In this document: positions 31,609 to 40,754 of the stretch, one piece after another
How the letters are laid out: each line of letters begins with the position of its first letter
How positions within the stretch are numbered: position 1 is the stretch's first letter
IMG/VR virus record: IMGVR_UViG_3300029305_007310
Location: 1-64,000 of that record
Reading direction: 5' to 3' (one strand)
Length of the DNA stretch: 64,000 nucleotides
Origin: an uncultured virus (IMG/VR IMGVR_UViG_3300029305_007310)
Taxonomy: Duplodnaviria; Heunggongvirae; Uroviricota; Caudoviricetes
The notes under the pieces: model-generated
Seen by the model: only the letters and a program-made list of their open reading frames with translations
What the model was told of the DNA's origin: nothing
The model's database searches: none
Program-made: the position numbers and the translations under genes

Positions 31609-32097
31609 ATGTATTACGAAGAAAATGGGATTGTATTTGACCAAGAGTGGATTAAGGATCAAAATGGAGTGTGGACTATCCCTTGTTTGGTACTGGGCCA
31701 TCGTGTGAATTTTCATATTAGATCTAAAGTTTCTGATGAAGAAAGAAGAAAATTTGTTGAGCAAATGGCGGTTGCTTTCTTTGTGCGTATGGGTTCTAGC
31801 ATTGTTTTTGATACCAATGCTTATCAGTTATGGCGAGACCAAGTAGAGCGAGGCCGCAGTTTTGAAAAATTCTTTTGCTATACTGATATGCACCAAACGC
31901 TGATGAAAGTAATAGAGGAGTATCATTTACAAGACCAAATTTCTTTTCCAAAGATTTTTTTAATTGATAGCAATATGCTCCAGTATGCTATAGAGCATAT
32001 TGTAGGTAAAAACGAATTGGAACAACTCACTTATGAAATAGATTCTCTGGTTTGCGAAACGCGCCAGAGGCTGCAAAGTATAATTAAGGGAAAATAG
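31609..32097 (+). CDS. Hypothetical protein
   Basis: GGAGGG RBS; TGaTATAAT upstream suggests its own promoter. Confidence 0.6.
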   Translation: MYYEENGIVFDQEWIKDQNGVWTIPCLVLGHRVNFHIRSKVSDEERRKFVEQMAVAFFVRMGSSIVFDTNAYQLWRDQVERGRSFEKFFCYTDMHQTLMKVIEEYHLQDQISFPKIFLIDSNMLQYAIEHIVGKNELEQLTYEIDSLVCETRQRLQSIIKGK

Positions 32098-32113
32098 GAT
32101 CTGAGGTGGTGGC

Positions 32114-32569
32114 TTGCCGACATTTGATAGTATAGAAGCAGCTGTTAATTATGTGAAAGAGAGTATTACGGAAGCTCTCGGTGGAGGCGTTTTGCGAGCC
32201 GTTAAAAATGAAGAAGCTTCTCAGATTAAAGATGAGGTATATAAAGCATATAAACCCAAATACTACAAACGTAGAAAAGATATGTATGCACCAGGCAATA
32301 TTGTTGGATCAGTTGATGGGTTAACTTTAACTGTATACAATATTACTCCTCCGAGTGACGAACATATGCCGCGTTTTAGGAAAAATACGCCTGCGCCAAC
32401 TACTGATAAAGATTTGGCGTCAGTTATTGAAACGGGTGAGGGATATGATTGGTATAGCCCTGGGCCTAGACCGTTCACGCAATCAACCGTTGAAGCTCTC
32501 GCGATTTCAAAAGAGCATGTTATTGCGTTAAAAAAACATTTGAGGTCAAAAGGAATTCGAGTAATTTAA
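32114..32569 (+). CDS. Putative tail completion protein (HK97 gp10-like)
   Basis: YKPKYYKR...IETG...PRPF pattern. Confidence 0.55.
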   Translation: MPTFDSIEAAVNYVKESITEALGGGVLRAVKNEEASQIKDEVYKAYKPKYYKRRKDMYAPGNIVGSVDGLTLTVYNITPPSDEHMPRFRKNTPAPTTDKDLASVIETGEGYDWYSPGPRPFTQSTVEALAISKEHVIALKKHLRSKGIRVI

Positions 32570-32634
32570 AAACTGAATAAATAATTTATAAGCGGGGTTC
32601 ATCCCGCTTTTTCTTATGCCTATGAAAAGGAGGG

Positions 32635-35600
32635 ATGAACATGCCAGATGAATTAAGTGTAAAAATAGATGTTCTATTAGGCGTAAAGGAAGGCGAAGTA
32701 AAAAATATCAAGGCTCAGCTGGAAGACGAAAAAATAAATGTCCCAGTTAATCTTGACGTGAAAGGGACAGATAAGGTAGATAAAAAACTTTCTCAGCTTC
32801 AGCAGCGTGCGCAAAAATATGCTGGTGAAATTCGAAAGATTATAGCCAGTGTGCCTGAAATAGATAAGACTTTTAGAGGTTATACATTTTCTTCAGGAAA
32901 ACTTAGGGATGCAAAATCTGAAATTCGTGGGCGCTTAGCTTTAGCAGAAAAAGAACTGACACCATATCTAAGACAATTAGAATCGCCCGATTTAACAGTT
33001 GATCAGCTTAAAGAAGCGCAAAAAGCCTCAAAGAAGGTTTTGGCAGATATATACCGCGCTCAAATGATGAGCGAAATGGCATCAGTCGGCAAAATGTTGA
33101 CTCAAGGGGATAAGGCAGTTTCAAATGCTATTCTTCCTGATGAAGAAAGAAAGAAGCTTAAGAAAAATCTTTCCTTGTTGCGCAAAGACTACAATAAATT
33201 TTTTGATACCATCGATGAGAAGGCAAAGAAAATTGCGGTTGGCAAAGAGGATTTTTATGCTTTAAGAACAAGTGAGTTTGCTTCCATTGGCAAAATGGAG
33301 CGTGTACTTGAAAAAATTCCGCAGGAAATCGCTATTGCTGCAAATATTACCCCTGCTGTTGATCAAAAGGCAATTCAAACAGAAATTAATTCCGCGGTTG
33401 AAAACATAAAAATAACTAAGCCAGTTAAAGTGCCTATCGAGTTGATTGTTAAAGAGGATGTTAGCAGTGCCGATGATTCATCGGCGATTTCTAGTGTTGT
33501 TTCTTATAATGAAAAGAATTTTGGGAGCGCACTTAAGGCTGATGAGAAACTTCGTAATTTGTATGGAAAATTCCAGGATGATTATGAAGATCTTGTGCAA
33601 CAGTTCCTCATGGGCGAGGAAGATGAAGAATATCGGCAAAAAGCTCAAAGTCTAATACAGGATGTAATTAACAATCGCAAAATGGAGCCTGGTAAGCTTC
33701 TGCAGGCGATTAGGGATAAATATAATAAAGACGGCAGCGAGTTTAATATTGGCAAGCGTGAAATTGGAAAAATACTTACTTTTGCTAATCATTTAGAGAA
33801 TAAATTCGCCCCGGCTCTTGAAAAAACAATTGCGAAAATTGAAACCGACCTATCTTCCAGAGTGCAGAAGTCAGCAATTGCTTTACAGCACACTATAGAT
33901 CCTGAGAATCTCCTAAAAGCCTCAAAAACAAATGGCCTTATTGCCCCTAGTGGTGCCGTTTTTAATACGTCTCACGTGCCACAATTATATGGAAATGTTG
34001 GCCTATTTTTTGATGGCGCGACATTTGATCCTAGACTTCATCAAGATTCGCATTTGTTTGGAGCTGACGGCAATACACCGGTTGTAGGAAATTTAAAAAC
34101 CAGAAAAATCAGGAAACAAGACGGGACTATTGAAACTCAATTATATAGTGAGTTAGAAAAAGCATGGTTGCCTTTTACTGCTGAAAATGCAGCGAATATC
34201 ATGCGCAATGAATACCCGCTGGTCAATCTGCCCGGTCATTTCGGGAAAAGTTTTGACGCTCCAGAAGATTTTGAAGAAGTCGGCGAGTCTCTGAAACAAG
34301 CATTTATAAAAAGGTATGCCAACTTTGATGAGCTGTTGGCAGATTCAGATCGTTTATTGGATGCTGTAAAAACCAATGGCGGTATAAAAGATGCTGGAAA
34401 TATTGATGCGGATCAGCATAAGGCATACGCACAAAAATATAGAGAAATTCAAACTGATATTTTGAATGCTATGGGGAAAGATGCCATTGATAGCGTTGAC
34501 CCACAAATTTTTAAGGCTGTTACAGATGCTATTGTTAGTGACACATCCCCGATGCTGGCAAATGAGAATGAATTTGTATCCTCTTTGCAAAAAAGCTTTG
34601 ATGAAACGGGTATTCAACTAAATAACGAGATAATTCAGAAGTTGGTAAGCCTTAGAAACAGCATGGCGAACAATTTGGCCGATTATTTTGAAGCAAAAAT
34701 TATGCGCGATGTCGGCATTGAAGAAGCTCGCGCAGCTGTTGTGCCGCGGAATGTTGATCCTGCGGTTCGCCAAGAACTTACAAAAAGAAATATCCCTATT
34801 TATGAATATGAATATACCGAACTCCCTAAAGCAAAAGATTTTCAGGGAGATCAAAAAGCTTATAAAGAAGCCTTTGTTAGAATTAATGAGGCGAATGAAA
34901 GAGCTTATCTTGAAGCTGTTAACAGGGTAATTGCCGATCATCCTGAGCTTAATTTAAGAAATTACAAGACAAAGTTGCCGCCAATTGCTGCGGATAGTAG
35001 CAAGAAAGAAGCTGAATTCCGTAAACAGGCAAATGACTTGATGGCTCGTTTTACACGTGCATCTTCTGAAGAGATTGTTCCTAAAGTAGACCCTTCTGAG
35101 ATTGAGAATGCTGGCGCTGAGGCGAAACAACTCTCAAATACTTTGGCAAATCTCGAGGGTGAAAGCACACATGTGCATGTTAATGCTGATGAGGTTAAAA
35201 CAGCAACTAAAGAAGCGGAAAGGTTGCTTGCGCTTCCCGCGCCGCAATATGAGGAGCTATCTCCTTATCAAAAGCCTAGCGCAGAAGCGCTTCGCAATGT
35301 TGATGCTATTTATGATTGGACAACTTACGAGCGAGCGCTTGAACCGATTTGGAATAAAATGCGCGATGGGTTATCTCATCCTCAGTTTATCCCAATTGGC
35401 GGAAGGACCCTTCAGGATTTAGTTGATAATTATCGTACTGGGCTACAGGGTGCCAATTTGTTGCCCGATGCGAGCGGCAGTATTGGCAGGTTTCCTGGGG
35501 TGGGTACTTCATCTGCTTCTATACCTGTTGATATAAATGTGGATCCTGATATTCACGTAAATAATCCCGTAGAAGTAAAAGAAGAAGTCAAGAAGGTCGT

Positions 35601-37671
35601 AGAAAATGCAACCAAATCTAGTGGCTCCACAAAAGCAGAAGCAGATGTTGAAATAGAAACAAATGTTGAGATTGCCGATCCGCATGGCATGATGAATGAC
35701 ATCAAAGCAGAAATTGAAAAGAATAAAAAACTGGTTGATGACATTAGCGAAATGCCTAGGTCGATAATGAGCAAACAACAGGCAGATAATCGTGTCAGTC
35801 AGTTGCAGCAAAATATAAAGCATCTTGAACATTTGCAAAATGTGCTGCAGCAAACGGGAAACATGCTGCCCGATAATTATGAGTCTATTTTTGCTCAGAG
35901 CAGGAAGCTTCAAGAGAAAGCTTTTAAAAATATCCATTTAGAAACCTTTGAGCAGCAGGGCGATAAGCTTAAAAATATGTTCTCTGAAATTACTCAGGCA
36001 ATGGGCTCGTTACACGGCGATAAAGATTTCTCTAATCTGTTTGATGCCGCCTCTAATTCTTTGCAGGTTTACAGCGACCAGTATGCTAAAGTCCTTGAGC
36101 TTTCCAAGCAAGGCAACTTAACCGGTGAAGATATTGCTTCTTTAAATAAGGCATATGTTCAGGCTGCACACGATGTTGAGGCTTATGCGAAAGCGGTCAA
36201 AGACGCCTCGAAAGCTGAAGAAAAGCAAACCAACGCTGCTAAGAAAAATCAAGCGGCAATGGAGACTGCAAAAACAAAAATCCAAGAAATGCTTGAACTT
36301 CAGAAAAAATATGAAAAAGCATTCAAGGATCCTGCTTGGGCGCAGTCTTATAATAACATTTTAGCTGGCTATCAGGCCATTGGCCCCGATACAGAAAACG
36401 CCGCGGATAGGGTCGCAAGTCTTAACAAGCAACTTGCGGCATTAAAAGCCCAAGCTCGTGCGGCTGGCACCGCAACAACTACTTTTGGGACTTCACTTGA
36501 GAAAGCCTTTAGCCGTTTTGGCCGGTGGTTTAGCGCATCTGAGATTTTCATGTTTATTGTCAATAAAACGAAAGAAATGATTGGCAATGTAAAAGCTATC
36601 GATTCTGCAATGACAGATCTCCGTAAGGTTACTGATGCGAGTGAAGGACAGTACGACAAATACTTAACTAGCGCAGCACAGCGTAGTGCTGATATGAGTG
36701 CAAGAATTACCGGCTATATTGGTGGGACAAATCAATTTGCGCGTCTTGGTTATGGTATTGAGGATGCACAAAAACTTGGTGAAGTCGCAACGATTTATGC
36801 CCAAGTTGGCGACGATATTCAAGGAATTGAGGATGCCTCTAGTAGTATTATTGCTACAATGAAGGCGTTTGATATTGAAGCAGACAACGCTATGTCCATT
36901 GTTGACAAATTTAACAGAGCTGGTAATGCTTACGCAGTTTCCAGCGGCAACATTGGCGCAATGCTTCAACGCTCTGCGGCCGCTATGGCATCTGCAGGAA
37001 ACGATATTAATCAGACAATTGCCATGGGCACTGCTATGGCAGAAGTCAACCGCGACGCTGAAAAATCTGGCGCCGCGTTAAAAGTGCTTGCTCTTCGTCT
37101 AAGAGGTTCTAAAACTGAGCTTGAAGAGATGGGTGAGAGCACGGAAACCATGGCCACTTCAACTAGCAAACTTCGTGAGCAGATCCTAGCTCTTACGAAC
37201 GTTGATGGTACTGGTGGCTTTGATATTATGGATGCAGATGGTTTTAAGTCCACTTATGAAATGATCGATGGTATTGCCAACGCATTTAATAAGATGGATG
37301 ATGGTAGCGAAAATGCCGCGGCTTTGTTGGAGCTTATTGCTGGTAAGAACCGTGCTTCTGATGTTGCCGGTATGATGAAAAACTGGGAAACGGCTAAAAA
37401 TGTGTATAAAGATATGCTTAATGCCGAAGGCAGCGCAATGGAAGAGTACGAAAAGTGGCAGAAATCCATTGAAGCTAAGTCTGAAAAGCTCGGTTCCAAC
37501 TTTGAGCGTATGTCAGTTGCTGTTTTTGACACAGAAGTTCTCAGTGCATTCTATAATATTCTAAATAGCATTCTCTCTGTTTTCAGTGGAATTGCTGAAG
37601 TTGCGGGTGGCATTCCGACTATTGTTGGACTTGCTTTTGCTGCTTTGGCAAAAATTAAACCTGATTCTGGT
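32635..37671 (+). CDS. Tail tape measure protein, exon 1
   Basis: TMP core (IDSAMTDLRKVT, FARLGY, VDKFN, LKVLALRLRG, LIAGKNRA); start may be ATG 32641; ends at the intron 5' splice site GGT. Confidence 0.88.
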
Positions 37672-38154
37672 ATTGTAAAAGTACAATATGCCCCGCTTAT
37701 GAAGAACTCATTGGCGGCGTAAACTCGTATATGCTGGGAAAAAGATGATGAGATAGATCAGCTACAACATGGCCCGAAAGGGCGAGTGTGAATGCAGGTG
37801 GGGAAACCCTTCACGGGAGTGGGAAAGAAAATGGTCTATTAAGTATATGGCGCGAGCCTACGTACAGGTGCTTCCATAATAAATAGCACACGTCTTTGGT
37901 CAGCAGGGGAATGATGAAAGTTGGAGCCTGATCAGCTCCGGCGATTGGATCAGCATTACCCTCACAGACTGCAAGGAGTTGGGGCGATAGAGATTCGCCT
38001 TTGATGGACAGTCGGACTGGTGGAGTGAAAATGGATAGCTCCACGCGTGAGTTTAAAGACTACACGCTGGCTAACGCTGGTGGCTGCGAAAGTGCCATAA
38101 GCTATTGAAAAAAAGAAATAATAGGAGTACAATGATTTAAAAGGAGGTGAGCTC

Positions 38155-38400
38155 ATGGCTTCTAAGCAACAGGAGGAAGACTTTCAGTGGTTTTTGAAAA
38201 ATTATGCTTCATTGTCAGAGAAATATGCCCCCGCATATTTGATTATCAAAAACGGCTCTGTACTTGGAGCTGAAGTGACTCCTGGTGACGCACTAAATAA
38301 AGCGCTTATTACAGAAGAAATGGGTAGTTTTATTATTCAAGAGTGTGATGGGACTGTTGAAGCATATACTAGTTATATTTCTTCTACATGTTTTTTATAA
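38155..38400 (+). CDS. Small protein, DUF5678-like (intron cargo)
   Basis: AGGAGGTGA RBS; FQWFLKNYASLSEKY..YLIIKNGSVLG pattern upstream of a protease. Confidence 0.6.
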   Translation: MASKQQEEDFQWFLKNYASLSEKYAPAYLIIKNGSVLGAEVTPGDALNKALITEEMGSFIIQECDGTVEAYTSYISSTCFL

Positions 38401-38432
38401 GATAAATTATACAAAAGACGGGATGAAACGCA

Positions 38433-38921
38433 ATGCTTTCTTCGCCAATTAGAGCATTTACTTCAACTTATCCTTCATTGAGCAAAAAGTTGATCAATGA
38501 AGCTGTGGTTGGTTACAATAAACAAGAGCTAACAGTGCGAGCTCAATGGGACACCGGTGCTACAACAACTTGTATTTCTAAAGATGTTGTTTCTCACTTA
38601 AATCTTATCCCTATTGGTTCTAGACAAATATCTACACCATCTGGGAGCTCGGTTGTAAATACTTATATACTTGATATTAAATTGCTCAACAATGTGACGA
38701 TTCCGCAATTAATCGTATGTGAAACGGAAATTGGGGATCAAGGCATTGGGCTACTTGTTGGCATGGATATTATTGGGTTAGGTGATTTTGCTGTTAGCAA
38801 TTGGGGCGGAAAAACAATTTTTACATTTAGAACCCCCTCTCAAAGAATAACCGATTATGCAAAACAACTATCCGTGCAAAATGTGATAGGCTCTCTTCAT
38901 GGAAAGAAACATAGAAAATAA
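38433..38921 (+). CDS. Retropepsin-like (clan AA) aspartic protease (intron cargo)
   Basis: AQWDTGATTTCI and LLVGMDII motifs. Confidence 0.85.
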   Translation: MLSSPIRAFTSTYPSLSKKLINEAVVGYNKQELTVRAQWDTGATTTCISKDVVSHLNLIPIGSRQISTPSGSSVVNTYILDIKLLNNVTIPQLIVCETEIGDQGIGLLVGMDIIGLGDFAVSNWGGKTIFTFRTPSQRITDYAKQLSVQNVIGSLHGKKHRK

Positions 38922-38945
38922 AAGAATATTTTGATTGTTTGTTGG

Positions 38946-39206
38946 CTATTCTCTCCCCAGAATTTCTATGATTTGTGGTCTAAAACCATCCACAAAACTT
39001 TGGGCGTCTTCACAGCAAAACACCAAAAACAACATTAAGGTCAATGCGCAACATCCATGTTCACCTTTTTCAATGGCAGCATAGGATCTGGGGTCAATCA
39101 ACAAGATCTCAGCAAATTGTGCTTGAGTCATTTGATTATCAAAACGCACTTTGGATAAACGTTCTATCAAATAAGTTTGAAGAGCGCATTTACACGCAGT
39201 TTTCAT
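38946..39206 (-). CDS. XRE-family HTH regulator (intron cargo)
   Basis: MTQAQFAEILLIDPRSYAAIEKG. Confidence 0.8.
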   Translation of the reverse strand: MKTACKCALQTYLIERLSKVRFDNQMTQAQFAEILLIDPRSYAAIEKGEHGCCALTLMLFLVFCCEDAQSFVDGFRPQIIEILGRE

Positions 39207-39429
39207 TGGCTATTATCTCCTTTTTAGTGATGTGGAAGATAATTTTAATGAAAAATGGTAGATGCTGCCATGAGGTATACATCATGAATTTTAAAGAAAA
39301 AAAGAAAAGACCGTTAATTTCGGTCTGTAGATTGACTATTGAATGAGGATATGATAGCATAAGTACGAAGTGAGGACTTCACTGTGCGTAAAGCACCCCA
39401 TAACAGCTAATTATCAAATCTAATTAGCT

Positions 39430-39477
39430 AATCAAAAGTATCGTGCAAGCTGTCAACTGCACGGTACTTTTTGATTT
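39430..39477. terminator. Bidirectional terminator-like hairpin inside the intron
   Basis: AATCAAAAGTATCGTGCA...TGCACGGTACTTTTTGATT. Confidence 0.65.
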
Positions 39478-39568
39478 AGCCTGCGAAATGAGCGTACATT
39501 TGGAAGACTAAACGTAGAAAGTTGATGATAGTGATAATAATATCACAGATAGAATTAGTCTTTCTCAT
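39476..39568 (-). CDS. 30-aa hydrophobic peptide, type I toxin-like
   Basis: MRKTNSICDIIITIINFLRLVFQMYAHFAG after GAAAGGGGGTG RBS; flanked by long complementary arms. Confidence 0.6.
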   Translation of the reverse strand: MRKTNSICDIIITIINFLRLVFQMYAHFAG

Positions 39569-39711
39569 CACAACACCCCCTTTCAGTATTACCTGTTAGG
39601 GATGTTGCCGCACAGTGCTTCGTGCTTATGCCATTATTTACTATACTACTGAGGGAATTATAGTGCAGAAGAACGGGTGTTCTTACTATTTATGTTTGTG
39701 TTTTGCAGCGC

Positions 39712-40206
39712 CTATTTCTTTATTGATAGTTGATGCTCAAACAGCTCATGGAACATAAGCTGCAATTGAATGTCTTCAAATTTGATTAGAAAGACATCGT
39801 TTGTTACATCAACAATTTTACCAGCACCAAGCTTTTTATGAAGGATAGTAGCCCCAATAAAATTATTGTAAATAGAATTGGTGCGCACAGAAGCAGGGGT
39901 TCGCGTTTTCTTGGATTTGGTTGCTATGCGATTTTTCTTTTTCTCCTCTTGTTGGTGTAACCATGCCTCATTGGCCTTTCTGATTTTTTCCTGATCATAT
40001 TCGATTTTGCGTCGCATGATCATAAGATTTCTTTGATCTTCTGTGTAGTATTTGCAATATGTAGAGGAAGAACAGGGCCCGTATTTGAAGAGGCAGTTTT
40101 TAGTTTCTTTATTATAGTAGGCGCAGCGTAATTTTGATCTATTCTTATCGATCTTTTTTACGTATTCTATGTGCCAAGGAGTCCCCTGAAGTTGAGAAAT
40201 GCTCAT
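39712..40206 (-). CDS. Hypothetical basic protein (intron cargo)
   Basis: Cys cluster, coiled coil and C-terminal HKKLGAGKIV (Tudor/SH3-like). Confidence 0.7.
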   Translation of the reverse strand: MSISQLQGTPWHIEYVKKIDKNRSKLRCAYYNKETKNCLFKYGPCSSSTYCKYYTEDQRNLMIMRRKIEYDQEKIRKANEAWLHQQEEKKKNRIATKSKKTRTPASVRTNSIYNNFIGATILHKKLGAGKIVDVTNDVFLIKFEDIQLQLMFHELFEHQLSIKK

Positions 40207-40215
40207 AAGTATACC

Positions 40216-40668
40216 TCACCACATATGCCCACATTTCTTGCATCTTTTGGTTTTGCCAATCTTATTGCTTGCAAGCCCCCAGGCAGCTACAGAGAATGCA
40301 CGACGGATTGTGGAGATTTCTTCGATGATCTGAGGTGGAGCTCCGCATTGGGGACAACATTTTGCTCGGAAAGCAGCTTGACGAGCGAGTGTTTCTCTAT
40401 GAGAACGGGCATATTTTTGGGCCTCATCCATAATTTGCGTTACTTCTTTTTCACGCGCAGTAACAGACATCATTGATAATTCAGTCAGCGTATGGACTTC
40501 CCATCCCCAATGCTTTGGTGTAACGACATCAACTTTCCCGCCGCAATTTTTGTGTGTGGCTCTCATATTATCAAAAAGTTGCAGAGCGCTTTCTTCAATG
40601 TCAAGTGCTGGAGCCACAGCTCCGCACGTTTCACAATACCAAAAATAATCATCATCCCATTTTGACAT
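40216..40668 (-). CDS. Zn-ribbon protein (intron cargo)
   Basis: AAGGAGGT RBS; CETCG, CPQCG and KTKRCKKCGHMW. Confidence 0.75.
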   Translation of the reverse strand: MSKWDDDYFWYCETCGAVAPALDIEESALQLFDNMRATHKNCGGKVDVVTPKHWGWEVHTLTELSMMSVTAREKEVTQIMDEAQKYARSHRETLARQAAFRAKCCPQCGAPPQIIEEISTIRRAFSVAAWGLASNKIGKTKRCKKCGHMW

Positions 40669-40693
40669 TTTTAAATACCTCCTTATATTTATT

Positions 40694-40722
40694 AGTATAC
40701 CTATGCCTATTTATAGTGTCAA
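40694..40722 (-). promoter_or_regulatory. Consensus sigma-A promoter for the antisense cargo genes
   Basis: TTGACA-N17-TATACT on the minus strand. Confidence 0.75.
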
Positions 40723-40754
40723 CATTGATCATGTAGACATTTAGCCACAAGTTG

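Larger units (their letters stand above)
37672..40754 (+). ncRNA. Group I intron (core about 37672-38100) with about 2.7 kb multi-gene insert in the P9 region
   Basis: P3 AACTC/GAGTT; P4 TGCTG/CAGCA; P7 GACTG/CAGTC; P8 GGGCGA/TCGCCT; long-range TGGCTAA (38068-74)/TTAGCCA (40741-47); P9.0 GACT/AGTT then terminal G; in-frame join DSG|ILPW. Confidence 0.8.

Noticed and set aside
31081..32097. Programmed frameshift between tail chaperone genes
   Set aside because: No clear slippery site; the downstream ORF has its own RBS and -10 box.
37672..40754. IStron (group I intron plus IS200/IS605 or IS607 element)
   Set aside because: No TnpA, serine recombinase or TnpB motifs among the cargo ORFs.
40752..40754. 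TTG as an independent start for the 2109-aa ORF
   Set aside because: No Shine-Dalgarno sequence upstream; these bases fit better as P9.0 plus the terminal G of the intron.
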